Shown here piece after piece: positions 35,570-48,922 of a DNA stretch of 64,000 nucleotides. Source of the DNA: Narcine bancroftii (lineage: Eukaryota); NCBI RefSeq assembly GCF_036971445.1, contig NC_091473.1, positions 255,068,001 to 255,132,000 on the forward strand, in the 5' to 3' direction. How positions within the stretch are numbered: position 1 is the stretch's first letter; the number at the start of each line of letters is the position of its first letter. The translations under genes and the position numbers were made by a program. A model generated the notes under the pieces. It saw only the letters and a program-made list of their open reading frames with translations. It ran no database searches and was not told where the DNA came from.

Positions 35570-36080
35570 TAAGGAAGGATGCATTGGCTTTGGCGTTGGA
35601 GAGGGTCCAGAAGAAGTTCACAAGAATAATTTCAGGATGAGAGGGTCGATGTATGAGGACCACTTGAGGGCTATGGGCCCTGTACTCACTGGAGTTTAGA
35701 AAGACAAGGGGCAATTTCATTGAAAAGGCTGGATGGAAAGGGCACGGACATGTTTCCAGCAGTGGGAGAATCTTGGACAAGAGTGCACAGCCTCGGAATA
35801 AAAGGACATCTCTTCTGAACAGAGATGAGGAGAACGTAGCTCAGTCGGCGGGGGGAGGGGGCGGGGTGAACCTATGGAATTTGTTGCCAGAGATATCTGT
35901 GGAGGCCATGTTATTGGGTAGATTTAAAGCAGAGGTTGTTGAGTTCTTAGTTAGTAAGGACATCAAAGGTTATGAGGAGAAGGCAGGAGAATGGGGTTGA
36001 GAGGAAAAAATACATTAGTCATGATGTGAATGGCAGAGTAAACTTCATGGGCTGAATGCCCTAATTCTGTTCCTAAGTCA
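35570..36080 (+). mobile_element. CR1 3' portion
   Basis: ttggagagggtccagaagaagttcaca; VNLWNLLP...KGYEEKAGEWG. Confidence 0.82.
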
Positions 36081-37069
36081 TGGGCTTGTAATCTTATAAA
36101 ATTGTATGCAGATCTATTAACCAGGTTGGCAACTTCTTCAGAGGGAATAGTATATCCATTGGTTAGTATGATCACATGCCATTGCTTTGATCTCCCAGTC
36201 ACAGAGACTGTTTTTTAGTTACTAACACTAGCCCTACCCAACAGGGCAAGAGTCAAAGATCATCTGTCAGACTGAGGACTAACGTCTGTGAGCTCTGTGC
36301 AGGTCTGGCCAGCTGGGGAGATGTTCATTGCTGGGAGTCAAAAATTATGCTATTTTTGTGGTTTTTTTCTCCATTTTTCTCTGCCTCTAATACATTGTTG
36401 TCACAATTTGCCTTTGGACTTGGGGTGGTTTGGGAGGAGGACCAGCCATAGATCGCTGGTGGCCACCACTGTCACTCTGCAATGCTTCCATTTCTAAATG
36501 ATTGAGATTCCAGATCCATTCCAGAGGATCAAACAGGACAGCCTATGCAGCATCCACTGAGGCAGTGACGTGTGACCAAAATGCCATTGACGTCTGTGTG
36601 AGATAATGTTTTGAGGAAGAGCAGGTGAGTTCTCCCTGATGGATTATTTCAAAATTGATCCCGAAGTCAACATCAACAGATATCCTACCTGATCACATAA
36701 TGCCGACTTTGCAACTTTGCAAGGAAGAGGTTAGTTGTGTTTCTAGAATTGTAAGGGCATCTCTCATTGGCTGGAAGAAGTGCTTTGGAAAGCCTAGGCA
36801 AGAAGACCAATTGAGTCTGAGAACAGGCTGCTTCCCCTCCTCAATTCTGCCCCTGCATCGTGTTACTATAATGTTTTTATTCAACAGTCATCATACCCTT
36901 GAACTACCCCATTCTTCTCAAACCATAAGCTACCCCAGGACCACCAAAATATTTGTCTGCATCGCTGAAATGTCACTTTTCTTCTTGCACTCAGAGTTAA
37001 TATTTATGTATCTATCCTTGGATATTTATTATTCTCTTCTATCTTGGCATTTTGTGGTCATTTATCACT

Positions 37070-37680
37070 CCTCATCAAGGGGTCAGCAGTGGAGAGGGTT
37101 AAGAACTTCACATTCATTGCTGAAGATCTCTCCTGGAGCCTCCATGTCGATGCCATCATGAAGAAGGCTCGCCAGTGGCTAGACTTCATGAGGAGCTTGA
37201 GGAGAATTGGTAGGTCACCATAGACTCTTGCAAATTTCTACAGGTGCTTCATGGAGAGTATTCTGGCTGGTTGCATCACGACCTGGTATGGAGGTACACA
37301 AAACTGGAAAAGGCTACTGAGCGTTGTGAACTCGGCCACCACCATCACTCAATCGAGGACATCTACAAGTGATGGTTTGGGAGAAAGCAAGCAGCCTCTA
37401 TCCTCAAGGACCCCCACCACCCAGGCTGTGCCCCCTACTCTGGTACTATCAGGAAGGAGGTCCAGGAGCCTGAAGATGAGTACCCAGTGGCACAAGGACA
37501 GCTTCTTCCCCTCCGCCATCAGATTCCTGAATGGATAATGAATGAAAGACGTGACCTCACTTTTTTCTCTTCTTTTGCACTAAATTAGTTATTTTATTTA
37601 AAAAATAATAATTTATAGCAATTTTACACCTGTAATGCTGACATGTTAATACCAATAAAAATTCTGATTCTGATTCTTAA
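37070..37680 (+). mobile_element. Rex1-like 3' portion
   Basis: ESILAGCITTWYG...SGRRSRSLK...KDSFFPSAIRFLN; (ttctga)n tail. Confidence 0.88.
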
Positions 37681-38528
37681 ACTTCTTACTGTCGTAGTTA
37701 GAGTATTTTACATACCTGTGTGACCATAAGACATAGAAGCAGAAATTGGCCATTCATCAATTCTTACTTGGCTGCAACAAATAAGAATTTTACTGCATCC
37801 GTACGCTGTTTTGATGGAATGACAATAAATTCCCATTGACATTGAAATGTATTCCTACATTGAGCTCAGTGAAATCGAGTTCTGGCCACAATGCAATATG
37901 GAGACACAGTCACTGAACTCTGACTATCTTAGGTGGACAACTTGGTCAGCATGGACAAGTTGGCCCAAAGGTCCTGTATCTGTGCTGTAAAACTATGAAT
38001 CGGTGACTCATGACAAGGCCCAAACCAGTCTCTCAGGATCCCCCCTCATGAAACTGCAGATCCACTTTGGGAAACCTTTTCCTTTGTGCTAATTATTGGT
38101 TCAAATACTTAAAGCGGTTCCCATGTAGTTGTTTCAAATGTTAAAAAGTGTAGACAGTAGATATAGAAAGGTCGTTCCCCATGGAGGGAGAATCAAGAGG
38201 ACTAGAAGGATTGAAGGGCATCCTCTTAGTACAGAGATGTAGAGGAATTTCTTCAGCTAGAGGGTAGTAATTCTGAGGAATTTGTTGCTACAGGCAATTG
38301 TAGAAGTCAGGTTATTGGGTGTATTTAATTTTTAAAAATTTAGACATACAGCACGGTAACAGGCCCTTTCGGCCCATGAGACCGTGCTGCCCAATTACAC
38401 CCAATTTACTAACAACCCCCAGTAAGTTTTTGAACGGTGGGAGAAAACCAGAGCACCCAGAGGAAATCCATGCAGACACGAGGAGAACGTACAAACTCCT
38501 TACAGTGTGGGACTCGAACTCTGGTTGC

Positions 38529-40077
38529 TGTTTCATTTTGTATTGGTATGTGTGAGTTCTTAGATAACACATGGATGAAGAAAAAGGTTATTTACTTTAA
38601 AGTTGTTGTAAACAGCACCATGAGGCATGCCATGAGGCTGCAAGCTTCCATTACAGATCTAACATACTGCAGCCTCCTGTGTCAGCCCCTGCTGGCTGCC
38701 AAGTCTAATCAAACAGGAACTATAATCAAGGCCTTACTAGTGGCCATGCAAACATAATCACTATTATTACATCTCCCTTTCTTAAAACAAAAGTAGCAAA
38801 CTTTTAACTAACATGTTTTCTTTGTACAACTCTGCAATTTTAACTTTAACATCAGGAACTTACATTTTCATTATTATCAACATTGTTAACATTTTTAAAA
38901 CTTGTTTTGTGTGTTTACATTTACATGCACTTGAAGAGCAAACAAGACAACACTACTTCATTCTATAACAGGAGTCTTTAAATTTGCTTAATGAGTCTCT
39001 TAGGAAGATTCACATGTCTTGACAATCTCCTGATTGATTGTCCTTGAATCTGAGTTGTTGCCTCAGACGATGTGCATTCAGGTTGTTCAACATTATCTGT
39101 CTTTCTATCTACAGTGGCTGGTCCCATTTGAAGATCTCAACAATTTCTTTGCAGAACAGCTCCTTAATCTGTCTGAATGGTGTATGATCTTGGTTGGACT
39201 TCACTAAGGACAGTTCCCTTCTGAGTCCATAAGTTTGTTTTGCCTTTTAGCTTTACTTGGTCACCAGGGTTCCTGGAGTTTTTTTGTTCCTTTGTCAAAG
39301 TAATACTTTTGCTTCTCTTTCTGTTGTTCTTTGAACTTTCTCACTTTCTCCCCCTCTTTTGTTTTTAGGAAGTTCTCCTGAATGGGTAGATTTGATCCCA
39401 TAAGGAGTTGTGCTGGTTACATACCACGCTCGAGCGATATGGTGCAGAATACTAGCATGCTCTGGTAGAAGTCTGTTCCATTGTCTTTTGCCTTGTACAT
39501 GAGTCCTTTCACTGACTCTACCAATTTTTCCACTGGACCATTGGACTGTGGAAAATGAGGACTTGATGTCGTGTGTAAAAGTCCCACTCTTTGGCAAATT
39601 GTCAGAACTTTAAATTGCAAAACTGGGGTCCCTTATGACCTTGCATGCCATGCCATGTCTGGAGAATATGGCTTTCACACCTCTTATTACAGCATCTGCA
39701 ATGGTGGTGTTCAGTCTACACACCTGATACAGGGAGTAATAGACCAGTTTTGCTGGTGGGTGTAGTCCTTCCGTTTTTCACTTTGTTATCTTCTCTTCAC
39801 TGATCAGTTGCTGACTTTAGATTTTACCTTTTAAAGTATTTCCTTATAATTTCCTTTATCCCACTTCTGACACCATGTTTCATCTTGTATTCGTATGTGT
39901 GAGTTCTTCGCCAACACATGGATGAAGAAAAAGGTTCTTTACTTTGAAGTTGTTGTAAACAGCACCATGAGGCTCCATTACTGTGTGTCAGCCCCCTGCT
40001 GGCAGCCATGTCTAATCAAACTGTAACCATAATCAAGGCCTTACTAGTGGCCATGCAAACATGATCATATCATTACA
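38529..40077 (-). mobile_element. Internally deleted Gypsy-type LTR retrotransposon inserted in a V-SINE, which itself interrupts a CR1
   Basis: LTRs 38529-38771 and 39876-40077; 5-bp TSD gttgc; PBS tggtgtcagaagtggg (tRNA-Leu 3' end); PPT gaaagggaga; integrase remnant HTTSSPHFPQSNG.VE. Confidence 0.9.
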
Positions 40078-41274
40078 GTTGCTGGTGCTGTATTAGCATT
40101 GCACAACCACTACACTAACCGTGCTGCCCTATCAAGACAAAGATGAAGGGTTCATGATTAGCCAGGGCATCGATGGTTAAAAGGGAGAAGGCCGGGCAGT
40201 GGGGCTGAGTGGGGAAATGGATCAGCTCATGATTGAAGGGTGGGGCAGACTCGATGGGCTGAATAGCCTATTTCTTCTCCTATGTCTTATGGTCCCTTGT
40301 TGAGAAAAAAATAAATGCAAATAAATTGCTTGAAGTGTTAACTTCTGAATCCTTTTCTCCTCAGTAATCTTTAATCTGTTCAAGTAGGTGTGAGAGCCCA
40401 ATTCACAGCACTGTCCACATGTTCTCACTTGGACACACCTACATGTGCGGGAGTTGCAGCCTTAGTGAAGACATCGCATTCTGGAAGTTCATTTCCAATT
40501 TTGGTCTGAGAATTTCACAGTCTTTTCACACTTAACCAAGTTCATACAAAATCCTCATTGCTTATCACACCCTGACAAATGAATTTGACAAGAGTCTGCT
40601 GTCAATCCATCTGGTGGCCCAGTTTACTGAAGGTTGACTCAAGGATCTTTCTGTAAGCTGGTTCAGTAACTGAACAAGTGAGAGGTGGGTCGATTCGTGA
40701 ACGAACACACCATTTGCTCATTGATGTGCTGATGTACAGCTTTAATGTCACCTTTTGCTCCTGGACGATACATTTTTGTCAAGCAGGACATTTCAAAAGG
40801 CAGGAGCGTTGCAGTTTATTGTCAGTTTCATAACCAGAGAAAGATGCAAAAAGGTGATTCTCACTGAACAATCATTTAAGATGTTATCAACGTTAGCCCA
40901 AAAAAATGACTGAGCTTTTGGGCTGGTGAAATAATACTAACAAAGAACATAAGAACATCAGGAACAGGAGCAGGAGTTGGCCATTCGGCCCGTCGAGCCT
41001 GCTCCGCCGTTCAGTGAGATCATGACTGATCTGATGATGGCTCATCTCCACCTACCTGCCTTTTCCCCAGATCCCTTAATTCCCTTACTAGCTAAAAAGG
41101 AACAAGATGTAGCCAATCCTACCCCAACCCTGGTCTAAGAACATGAGAACTCAAGACCCCGGGGCCTCTCCAGCACCATGGCCGATCTTTATCTTCATGT
41201 CATGTACAGGAACGGCTCCACTCAAGTCCATGAGTAACTACAGAGTTGTGAACCCAGCTCAGGCCATCACACAC

Positions 41275-42062
41275 TGTTGGACTCTGGCTTTAATTTATTT
41301 ACTCTTAATTTAGTCTATGTGTGAGCTGAGTCCAGCGCGTTCGTTGAATGAAGTGATAGGAGAAGGTATTCGGTTCAACAGTCAGTTTATTACACCACAC
41401 AGCACAGCACAGCACAAGAATAAAACTTAACAGAGCTCTGGGTCAGTCTGTTAGTTCATAGGTCACCTGCCAGTGAGCTACTCCCCGAGACTGACCCCTA
41501 TTGTCCAGTTGGCACAGTTTATATAGGTCAATCTTATCACACAGAACAAAAGTTGTTTTCCCTGCTAGATCTTTTTGCATAAGGGTTATCACAAGTCATC
41601 TCCTGTTTTGCAGATTTCTGGGGTGTAGCCTTCCCATGTTAATCCTCCAGGCCAGACTATCCTGTTGTTTAGATCTGAAATTAATTCATCCCCAGATATT
41701 TCTAATCACCATTTGGTCCCTGTCTGGCCAATTTCTGCTGTTCTCTTTAACACCTCCTCGTGCCTTAATCTTCCTCCTAGACTGGTTTCCCATTCCCTTT
41801 GATTCTTGCGGGCCATTCTTTGTTCTGATCTGGCCTGTGTCTCCTGTGCTACTTCCCACCTCCTTCAGTTGAGCATTCCTCCTAAATCGTTTTATGCATA
41901 TCCTCTCCCTGTATCTTGGGAGCAGCCAATTTTGTTCAGCCAACTTTGCTCCATGCTGTGACAGCCACTTAGCCACATTCCTCTTTTCCTGACTCATGCA
42001 GTCCAAATAAACTTATTGATTAATCATTTATTTCATACTGTTTTAACCCCTAGATTCCAACA
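41275..42062 (-). mobile_element. Solo LTR inserted in a Rex1-like fragment
   Basis: tgttgga...tccaaca termini; 4-bp TSD acac (41271-41274 / 42063-42066). Confidence 0.8.
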
Positions 42063-42174
42063 ACACCCATCCCCTCCCCTCCACAGACTCAGCTCACACT
42101 TGCCACCGACATGGGAGAGCTGCTAATGTTCTACTCCAGACCGTTTACACTCCACTTGGCTGCTCGTCTGGCCT

Positions 42175-42385
42175 AAGTGGTTAGTGTGACACTCTTACAG
42201 TTTTGGAGAACAGGGTTCAAACCTGGAGCTGCCTGTAAGGAGTGTGTACGTTCTTCCCAAGTCTGTGTGGGTTTTTTCCTGCTTCTCTGCTTTCTTCCCA
42301 TTCTCCATAATTATTCAGGGCTCAAAGTTCATTTGGGTGTAAATGATTTTAATCGGCCAGAATCAATTTCATCCGTGCTGTAAAT
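42175..42385 (+). mobile_element. V-SINE
   Basis: ggttcaaac B-box; gtgtacgttcttcccaagtctgtgtgggtt core. Confidence 0.7.
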
Positions 42386-43094
42386 AAATAAAAATAAATC
42401 ACCCTCCCATTGGGCAGAATATACACATTTGAAAGCACCAACCTCCAGATCTAAAGACCATTTTTTTTCTGCTGTTATCAGATTCTTGAATGGTCCTCTC
42501 ATTGGTAAAATATGTTGTTTAACTGTTTCCCTGAACTCTTTGATTTATTGTAACACCACTCCCTACATTTCTTGTTTGTTATTATTGCACCACTTTCTGT
42601 TGAGCTGACCTGCCTGGATAGCATGCAAAACAAAGCTTTTATTATATATTTGTCTCTGTGACAGTAAACCATTCAATTCAATCATGTCCTCTGACTGCTC
42701 TCATTATCTAGCAACATCATGGTCTCTGTTTTGAATGAAGTCTGGGTTAGGTTCCACCGTGCTCCAGAATGGATGTTTCTAAAGGTTCATTACTGCCTGG
42801 TTGAAGATATTTTTGCCTCAATTCACTTTTAAATAGTCTGACCCTTATCCTGAGACCATGACTGACAGTTCTCAAATCCAAAGGCAGGGGTACATCCTCC
42901 AGCAACTGCCCTGTTGATCTTACAAGAATCTCCTCACACCTTTGAAAACTCAAGAGAAAAATTATTGTCATACACCTTGTACAATTCACCGGAATTTCAA
43001 CTTGCTGCAACTGACAGGTATTTGGCTAAAAAAAACTACAATAGCAGACATTACGTTAAATTAAACAATATCTTTCAAACCCTGGTCCCGATCA

Positions 43095-43325
43095 GGGCGA
43101 CATGGTTAGCGTAGCGGTTAGTGCGCCAGTTAAAGCGCCAGTGATCAGAATCAGGGTTCAAATCCCGCGTTGCCTGTAAGGAGTTTTACGTTCTCCTGTG
43201 TCTGTGTGGGTTTTCCCCAGGGTCTTCAGTTTCCTCCCACCCTTCAAAATGGTTAATTGGGTGTAATTGAGTGGCAGGGACTCATGGGCTGAAATGGTCT
43301 GTTACCATTCTGTACGTCTACATTA
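43095..43325 (+). mobile_element. V-SINE
   Basis: Full head, core and tail similar to 5175-5395. Confidence 0.82.
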
Positions 43326-43881
43326 AAAAAATTTTAATTTAAAGTGTAAAACTTTCCCCCTTTACACATGTCATTTCACTTATTCTATCTTAGTCTTGCT
43401 AAAAGGTTCCAATCTGAAACGCTGACTGACCATTTCTACCTGTGGATGCTAATGGACCTGTTAAGTTTCTCCAGTAATTCTTTGCTTAACATTAGCACGT
43501 TTGTTGGCCATTCTTTGTGTGAGATTGTGGGATGGGTACGTACACCTTAACTTACAATACTACACTGACTGATCTTTAGAGAAACTTTGGAATCCCAAAG
43601 CAGACGTTCTATTCCAAGCTGTCATGGGGAGTGATCAGCAGTGAAAGGGTCACAGACGTGCTCAAACTTCACCATCTTCACTGAACCACAGGCTCCTGCT
43701 CGACCCATCAGCAGCCTGAGCTCCAGATCCGAACGTCCAACATGATCAGGAAGCCTTCAGCTCCGGAGGCCCTTCAGATGCCCTTCTTGCTCACAGCGCC
43801 CTCTCGAATCCATGCCCTGATACCTGGTTCCCACAGGCCTGTCTCCAGCAGCCCGTGGGGGCCCCCCGACTACAAGATGCC

Positions 43882-44145
43882 NNNNNNNNNNNNNNNNNNN
43901 NNNNNNNNNNNNNNNNNNNNNNNNNNNNNNNNNNNNNNNNNNNNNNNNNNNNNNNNNNNNNNNNNNNNNNNNNNNNNNNNNNNNNNNNNNNNNNNNNNNN
44001 NNNNNNNNNNNNNNNNNNNNNNNNNNNNNNNNNNNNNNNNNNNNNNNNNNNNNNNNNNNNNNNNNNNNNNNNNNNNNNNNNNNNNNNNNNNNNNNNNNNN
44101 NNNNNNNNNNNNNNNNNNNNNNNNNNNNNNNNNNNNNNNNNNNNN
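43882..44145. other. Assembly gap
   Basis: Run of N. Confidence 1.
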
Positions 44146-44811
44146 GTGGAGATACTGGAAAGACATTGTGTTCAGGATTTGCCTCCACCTCAATACCGCA
44201 GTGCTGTGGTTTTTCTCGTTCTGTGACTGTGTTTTGTGCATTCTTGGGCTTTAATATAGCTTGAGTTCTTTTTTCTCAATTTAGATTTCCTCAGAAGTCA
44301 TTGCCTTACCTTTGATACTGGAAAGATAACAAACCACATCTATCAGACTGACAGAAAGAAGAGTAAGTGATTCTAAACTGATTGTTTTGTTAGAAATTAT
44401 TTACTAATTACAACATTGTTAGTCAGGAATGTCACTGACCCAGCACCAACAGAGATCAGAATGATGAAAGTTTACAGATTATTTTCTACGACTGATTTGT
44501 GCTCCCAGACCTCTGGTTGGGCTACATGTTGGGCAGGAGAACTCTGGGTGGGCTACAAGGCATTGACACATCAAAAGGTGTGATGGCTTTAGGTAAAGCT
44601 ACAACATGCCCTGACCATTCATCAGCATGAGCCTTCAGGTCCCGGGCATCTCATGGACAGGAAGCACCAAGACATTGACTTGGTCCATCTTTGGATGTTC
44701 ACATGGAGCACAGGATGTCAGCTAAAGAAGTGCCATCAGCCAGTTCCCCCCAATCTCAACCCCTTGAAATGTTGCTCAAATGGAGACAGCGAGGCCGCAG
44801 ATCGTAATAGT

Positions 44812-45137
44812 GGGCGATCTCCCCATGACTGTCAATGGTCCAGTCATAGTCAACACTCCCATGGGGCGATCTTCCCACGTCTGTCAATGGTCCAGTCACA
44901 GTCAACACCCCCATGGGTCGATCTTCCCACGTCTGTCAATGGTCCATTCACAGTCAACACCCCCATGGGGCGATCTTCCCACGTCTGTCAATGGTCCAGT
45001 CACAGTCAACACCCCCATGGGGCGATCTCCCCACGTCTGTCAGTGGTCCAGACATAGTCAACACCTGCATGGGGTGATCTCCCCATGTCTGTCAATGGTT
45101 CAGCCACAGTCAACACCCCCATGGGGCGATCTTCCCA
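44812..45137. repeat. 52-bp minisatellite, about 6.3 copies
   Basis: Unit gggcgatcttcccacgtctgtcaatggtccagtcacagtcaacacccccatg. Confidence 0.93.
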
Positions 45138-45954
45138 CTGGATAAATCGGACTTTACCTGCTTAATTTTTTAAGTATAAAATATTTTATTTATTTCAGTT
45201 TGCCTATTTTAAAAAAAACACCTAATTTATAAAGCTATTGACGTGTTCCTGGGCTCCCATCTCCCTAAATTAGAAATTGATTGTAACACACTCATCCTGA
45301 AATAAATGATGACTTGCAAAGAATATTTTCTCTACTGATTATTTTCTACGACTGTTTTGTCAGTGGTCCAGTCACAGTCAACACCCCCAAAATTATTGCT
45401 GTTCAAAATTTGTTCTTCTCTTTCTTTGCGAGAATTTCAGAAGTAAGCAAGTTTTATTTCCTGCAACATACCTTGGAGCATCTTGAAATCAGAAAGGTTC
45501 AAGTTAAGATGGCAATTTTTTTTTAACTTGCCGCAGTCGGGGACAAGAAGTCCCAACATCAAGAAGATGGAAAACAATTGGTAAGTTTCACATCAATAGA
45601 CTTCATCAAAAGGGTCTCTGGCCTGAGACTTTACCTCATTCGCTCTCCATACCTGCTGCTTGACCTGCTGGGTGTTTCTGGCAATGGCGATCTCCCCTCC
45701 CGTTTTGGAACTGCAGCAGCTGCAGTGTTTTTGTTTTGTGGGGAGGACATGGTTGCAGAGGTGGAGACGAGGAAGTAAATGATTAGGAAGAAAGTCAATG
45801 GAGAAAATATACGGAGGGGGAAAGAAAGGGAAGATCCAAATCAGAGAAGAGTTCGATCAGTGGTGAGAGGGTAAGAGAGGAAGGAATGAAGGGGGGAAAA
45901 TGAGCAATGTGAATGAACAGGCAGGTGGATGGGAATGGGCAGAGGTAGAGACAC

Positions 45955-46080
45955 AGTGTGGGTGTATCTGTGTATGTGAGTTTCTATGTGTCTCTACATG
46001 TGTGTGTTTCTGAATGTGTCTCTGTGTCTGTGTGTGTGTTTCTGAGTGTGTGTGTGTGTGTGTGGGGGGGGGGGGGGTGG
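45955..46080. repeat. (TG)n-rich microsatellite plus poly-G
   Basis: Direct inspection. Confidence 0.85.
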
Positions 46081-46429
46081 TATGTAGGATTTAGGCACAG
46101 TTCTCTGGATGACTGATCTAACTGCATCAGTGGGCCCTGACCCGACCCCTCTGGCAGTTCCAGAGGTTCCAAACATTGGTAACCACTTCTGCTGCCCAGT
46201 CATTGTCACATTTAAGCACGTTACCATGAGAATTCCTCGTCCTCCTCACCCGAACTCCAGACAGATCACATAAAGACAAAAATAAACATGGAATCACCAG
46301 CTCAGCATGAGTGGACATTTTCCTCTGTGCATTACCTCACATCTTCCAGTCCCTAATGTAAAATTGATCTCACCTTTAGTCATTGTTAATTCACAGCTTC
46401 CCTTAAAATAAAAGTGTGGTCTTTATTCC

Positions 46430-46770
46430 TTGGCTTAGAAGGCTGAGGGGGACCTGGACATTTATAAGCATGAAAGGCATGCTTATAACAGTGTTTCCCA
46501 TGGGTAGATGGTTCTAGAATGAGAGGTTTAAGGTGAGACGGGGAAGATTTAAAAGGGACATGAGGGGCAATTTTTTCCACTCATTGGGTGGTCCGTACCT
46601 GGAACGAGCTGCCAGGGGAAACTGCACATTAACAATATTCAGAAGATATTTGGACAGATTTATGAACGGGAAGGGTTTAGAAGAATATGGACCAAATGCA
46701 GGCAAATGGGACAAGCCCAGAATGCTCACTTGGTCAGGATGGACCACTCGGCTGAAGGGCCTGGTCCACC
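46430..46770 (+). mobile_element. CR1 3' end
   Basis: RFKRDMRGNFF...YLDRFMNGKGLEEYGPNAGKWD. Confidence 0.82.
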
Positions 46771-46879
46771 TTTAAGACCTTAAGGCCCAATTACTTTACC
46801 CCATTTATAATTACTGTTCCATTTCAAAGCCCAATTAGCAACAATGCATTCAGTTGGCTGGAACTTTTCACCAAAGACC

Positions 46880-47110
46880 AATTTAAGGGCTGCTTGCTTA
46901 GCTCAACACTCTCACACACCAGTGACCAGGACTGCGGTTCAACTCCTGCGCTGTCTGATTTGTACATTCTCCCCCTGTCTGTGTGGATTTTCCCCGGGGG
47001 CTCCAGTTTCCTCTCACCATTCAAAATGTATAGTGATTGTAGGTTAATTGGGTGTAATTGGGTGGCACGGACTCATTGGCCAGAAGGGCCTGTTACCGTG
47101 CTGCACACCT
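46880..47110 (+). mobile_element. V-SINE
   Basis: V-core tttgtacattctccccctgtctgtgtgg and tail. Confidence 0.78.
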
Positions 47111-47831
47111 AAAAAAAAATCAACCAACCAAGCCAAACCCTGACATCTCAGGAACAGGAACTCTCAGCCTTTCCACAGTTTAAAATGAGCTTGGATGAGT
47201 TTAACTCCACTTATCCATTTTCAGCCTGTAGCATTGTACCCTTAATCCAACAGAGATCGTCCATGGAATTAACCATGCTTCCATGAAAATGACTCTAAGC
47301 CTCAAGAGGCTTTTGGGAGAGAAGGGTAAAACATGAAAGTCTGTAGACACTTGTGAGAGATGAGTAAAACTAATATGAAAATATGTGTAATGAATAAAGC
47401 CAGTATGAATAGGACAGGGCGCAGGTATAGAGTATAGTCATAGTGAGGTACCTTATTTAGTATGGGTTAATATAGGATCTCAACATGGACCAGGGGAACA
47501 GAACGGCCCTAGGGGAGTAGACTTGGTTTGTATTCCGGCCTCTACAGATATTAAAAAGAAGAGTTTTAAAGAGATAGCACAAAGAAGATGGTGGGACAAT
47601 GACAGACAGTATGTTAGTCAGGATTGTATATGTAGCAGAGATAGAGTGAATACATATGCTAATGTTCGCAGACAAGCTGCAACTCACAGGTTAAGTGACA
47701 AGAAACACCCCTCCCCAACTTGGTCTCCTGTAAATCATCCTTTGGGTCACACAGACATTTGGAACCACCACTGTAAGGGGAGTTCCAGTTGTAAATGACG
47801 TAAGCTGCTCCAGAACACCACAGCTGCTTGG

Positions 47832-48308
47832 CATTTAAATCATTTAATCAGACTCCAGGCAGCCTTGGAGATCATCACCGAACAGATAGTGATGGCCCTG
47901 AATTTACAGGCTGAAGAAAGATGACAGATACGAGCCACAGTTCAACAAAACCGCCTGGCTCTCGATTACTCGTTGGCTGCTGAAGGCAGCGTTTGTGAAA
48001 GACTGGTTAATGACAATGCTCACAATGGTCAGGCGGTTAAAGACACTTCTTCAGGAGTTCAAAAATCTTCCCATGTCCAGGTTCAGATTTGGAATCTGAT
48101 ACCCACAGCCCTTATAGCAGCTGGACTCGCTATTCTGGCCATTATGGTGCTCCCCTGCCTAAAGACTTGTGTGCAGTATTTAATTCAACGGACCCCTCGT
48201 CAGATCACTAGAACCCAAAGGATGTATGTTTCCCAAATTCTGTCTGATGATGCTGAGACTGCAGTTCGTTTACTGACTCGCTGGGAAAAAGACCAAGTTT
48301 ACAAGTAA
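47832..48308 (+). pseudogene. Retroviral env TM subunit remnant (gamma-type, ERV3-like)
   Basis: LNHLIRLQAALEIITEQ...R*QIRATVQQNRLALDYSLAAEGSVC (immunosuppressive domain), then a hydrophobic anchor; in-frame stop and no CX6CC. Confidence 0.85.
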
Positions 48309-48748
48309 TACATTCCAGTTGAGAATTCACGAAGCGTAGCTAAAAGAAAAGTGACGATTGTGAGAGATGAGTAAAACTAATATGAAAATATGTGTAATGA
48401 ATAAAGCCAGTATGAAAGGATAGGTAGATAATAGAATGTAGGACGTAAAGTTAGTCTGAATAAGATAAGGGTCTTCTAGCCTTTGACAGAATAGCAAGTT
48501 CTACATATAAGAGTTAGTAAGACCTGAGGGTTGGGAAGGTGTGAATAAGGACACAGACAGGATACCCCCTGGTCCTCCAAGTTCACAGAAACAGCACGTA
48601 GGCAGACAGGATTGCCTAATGCCAAACTCATCCAGGAGGCAGAAGAATGTAAGAGGGAGGGTACTTCTATACTGAAATAAACTGTATAAAAGTTGGGTGA
48701 GCCCCAGTGTATGTGTATTCCCAGGGTAAGGGGGAAGCACCCAACTTT

Positions 48749-48922
48749 GCAAAGGAGGAAAAACCCAACACCCAACCCCAACCAACCAATTTTCCCTTGC
48801 AACCGCTGCAATCGTGTCTGCCTGTCCCGCATCGGACTTGTCAGCTACAAACGAGCCTGCAGCTGACGTGGACTTTTTACCCCCTCCATAAATCTTCGTC
48901 CGCGAAGCCAAGCCAAAGAAAA
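48749..48922 (+). mobile_element. RTE-BovB-like 3' end inserted in the ERV 3' LTR
   Basis: Near-identical to 17560-17730. Confidence 0.9.

Noticed and set aside
43742-44254. ORFs spanning N runs (also near 16.5 and 25.1 kb)
   Set aside because: Artefacts of assembly gaps
44812-45137. CRISPR-like appearance of the 52-bp array (likewise the 17-bp array at 5993)
   Set aside because: Head-to-tail units with no unique spacers, no cas genes, vertebrate context
44653-45145. Repetitive 121-134 aa ORFs
   Set aside because: Translations of the minisatellite
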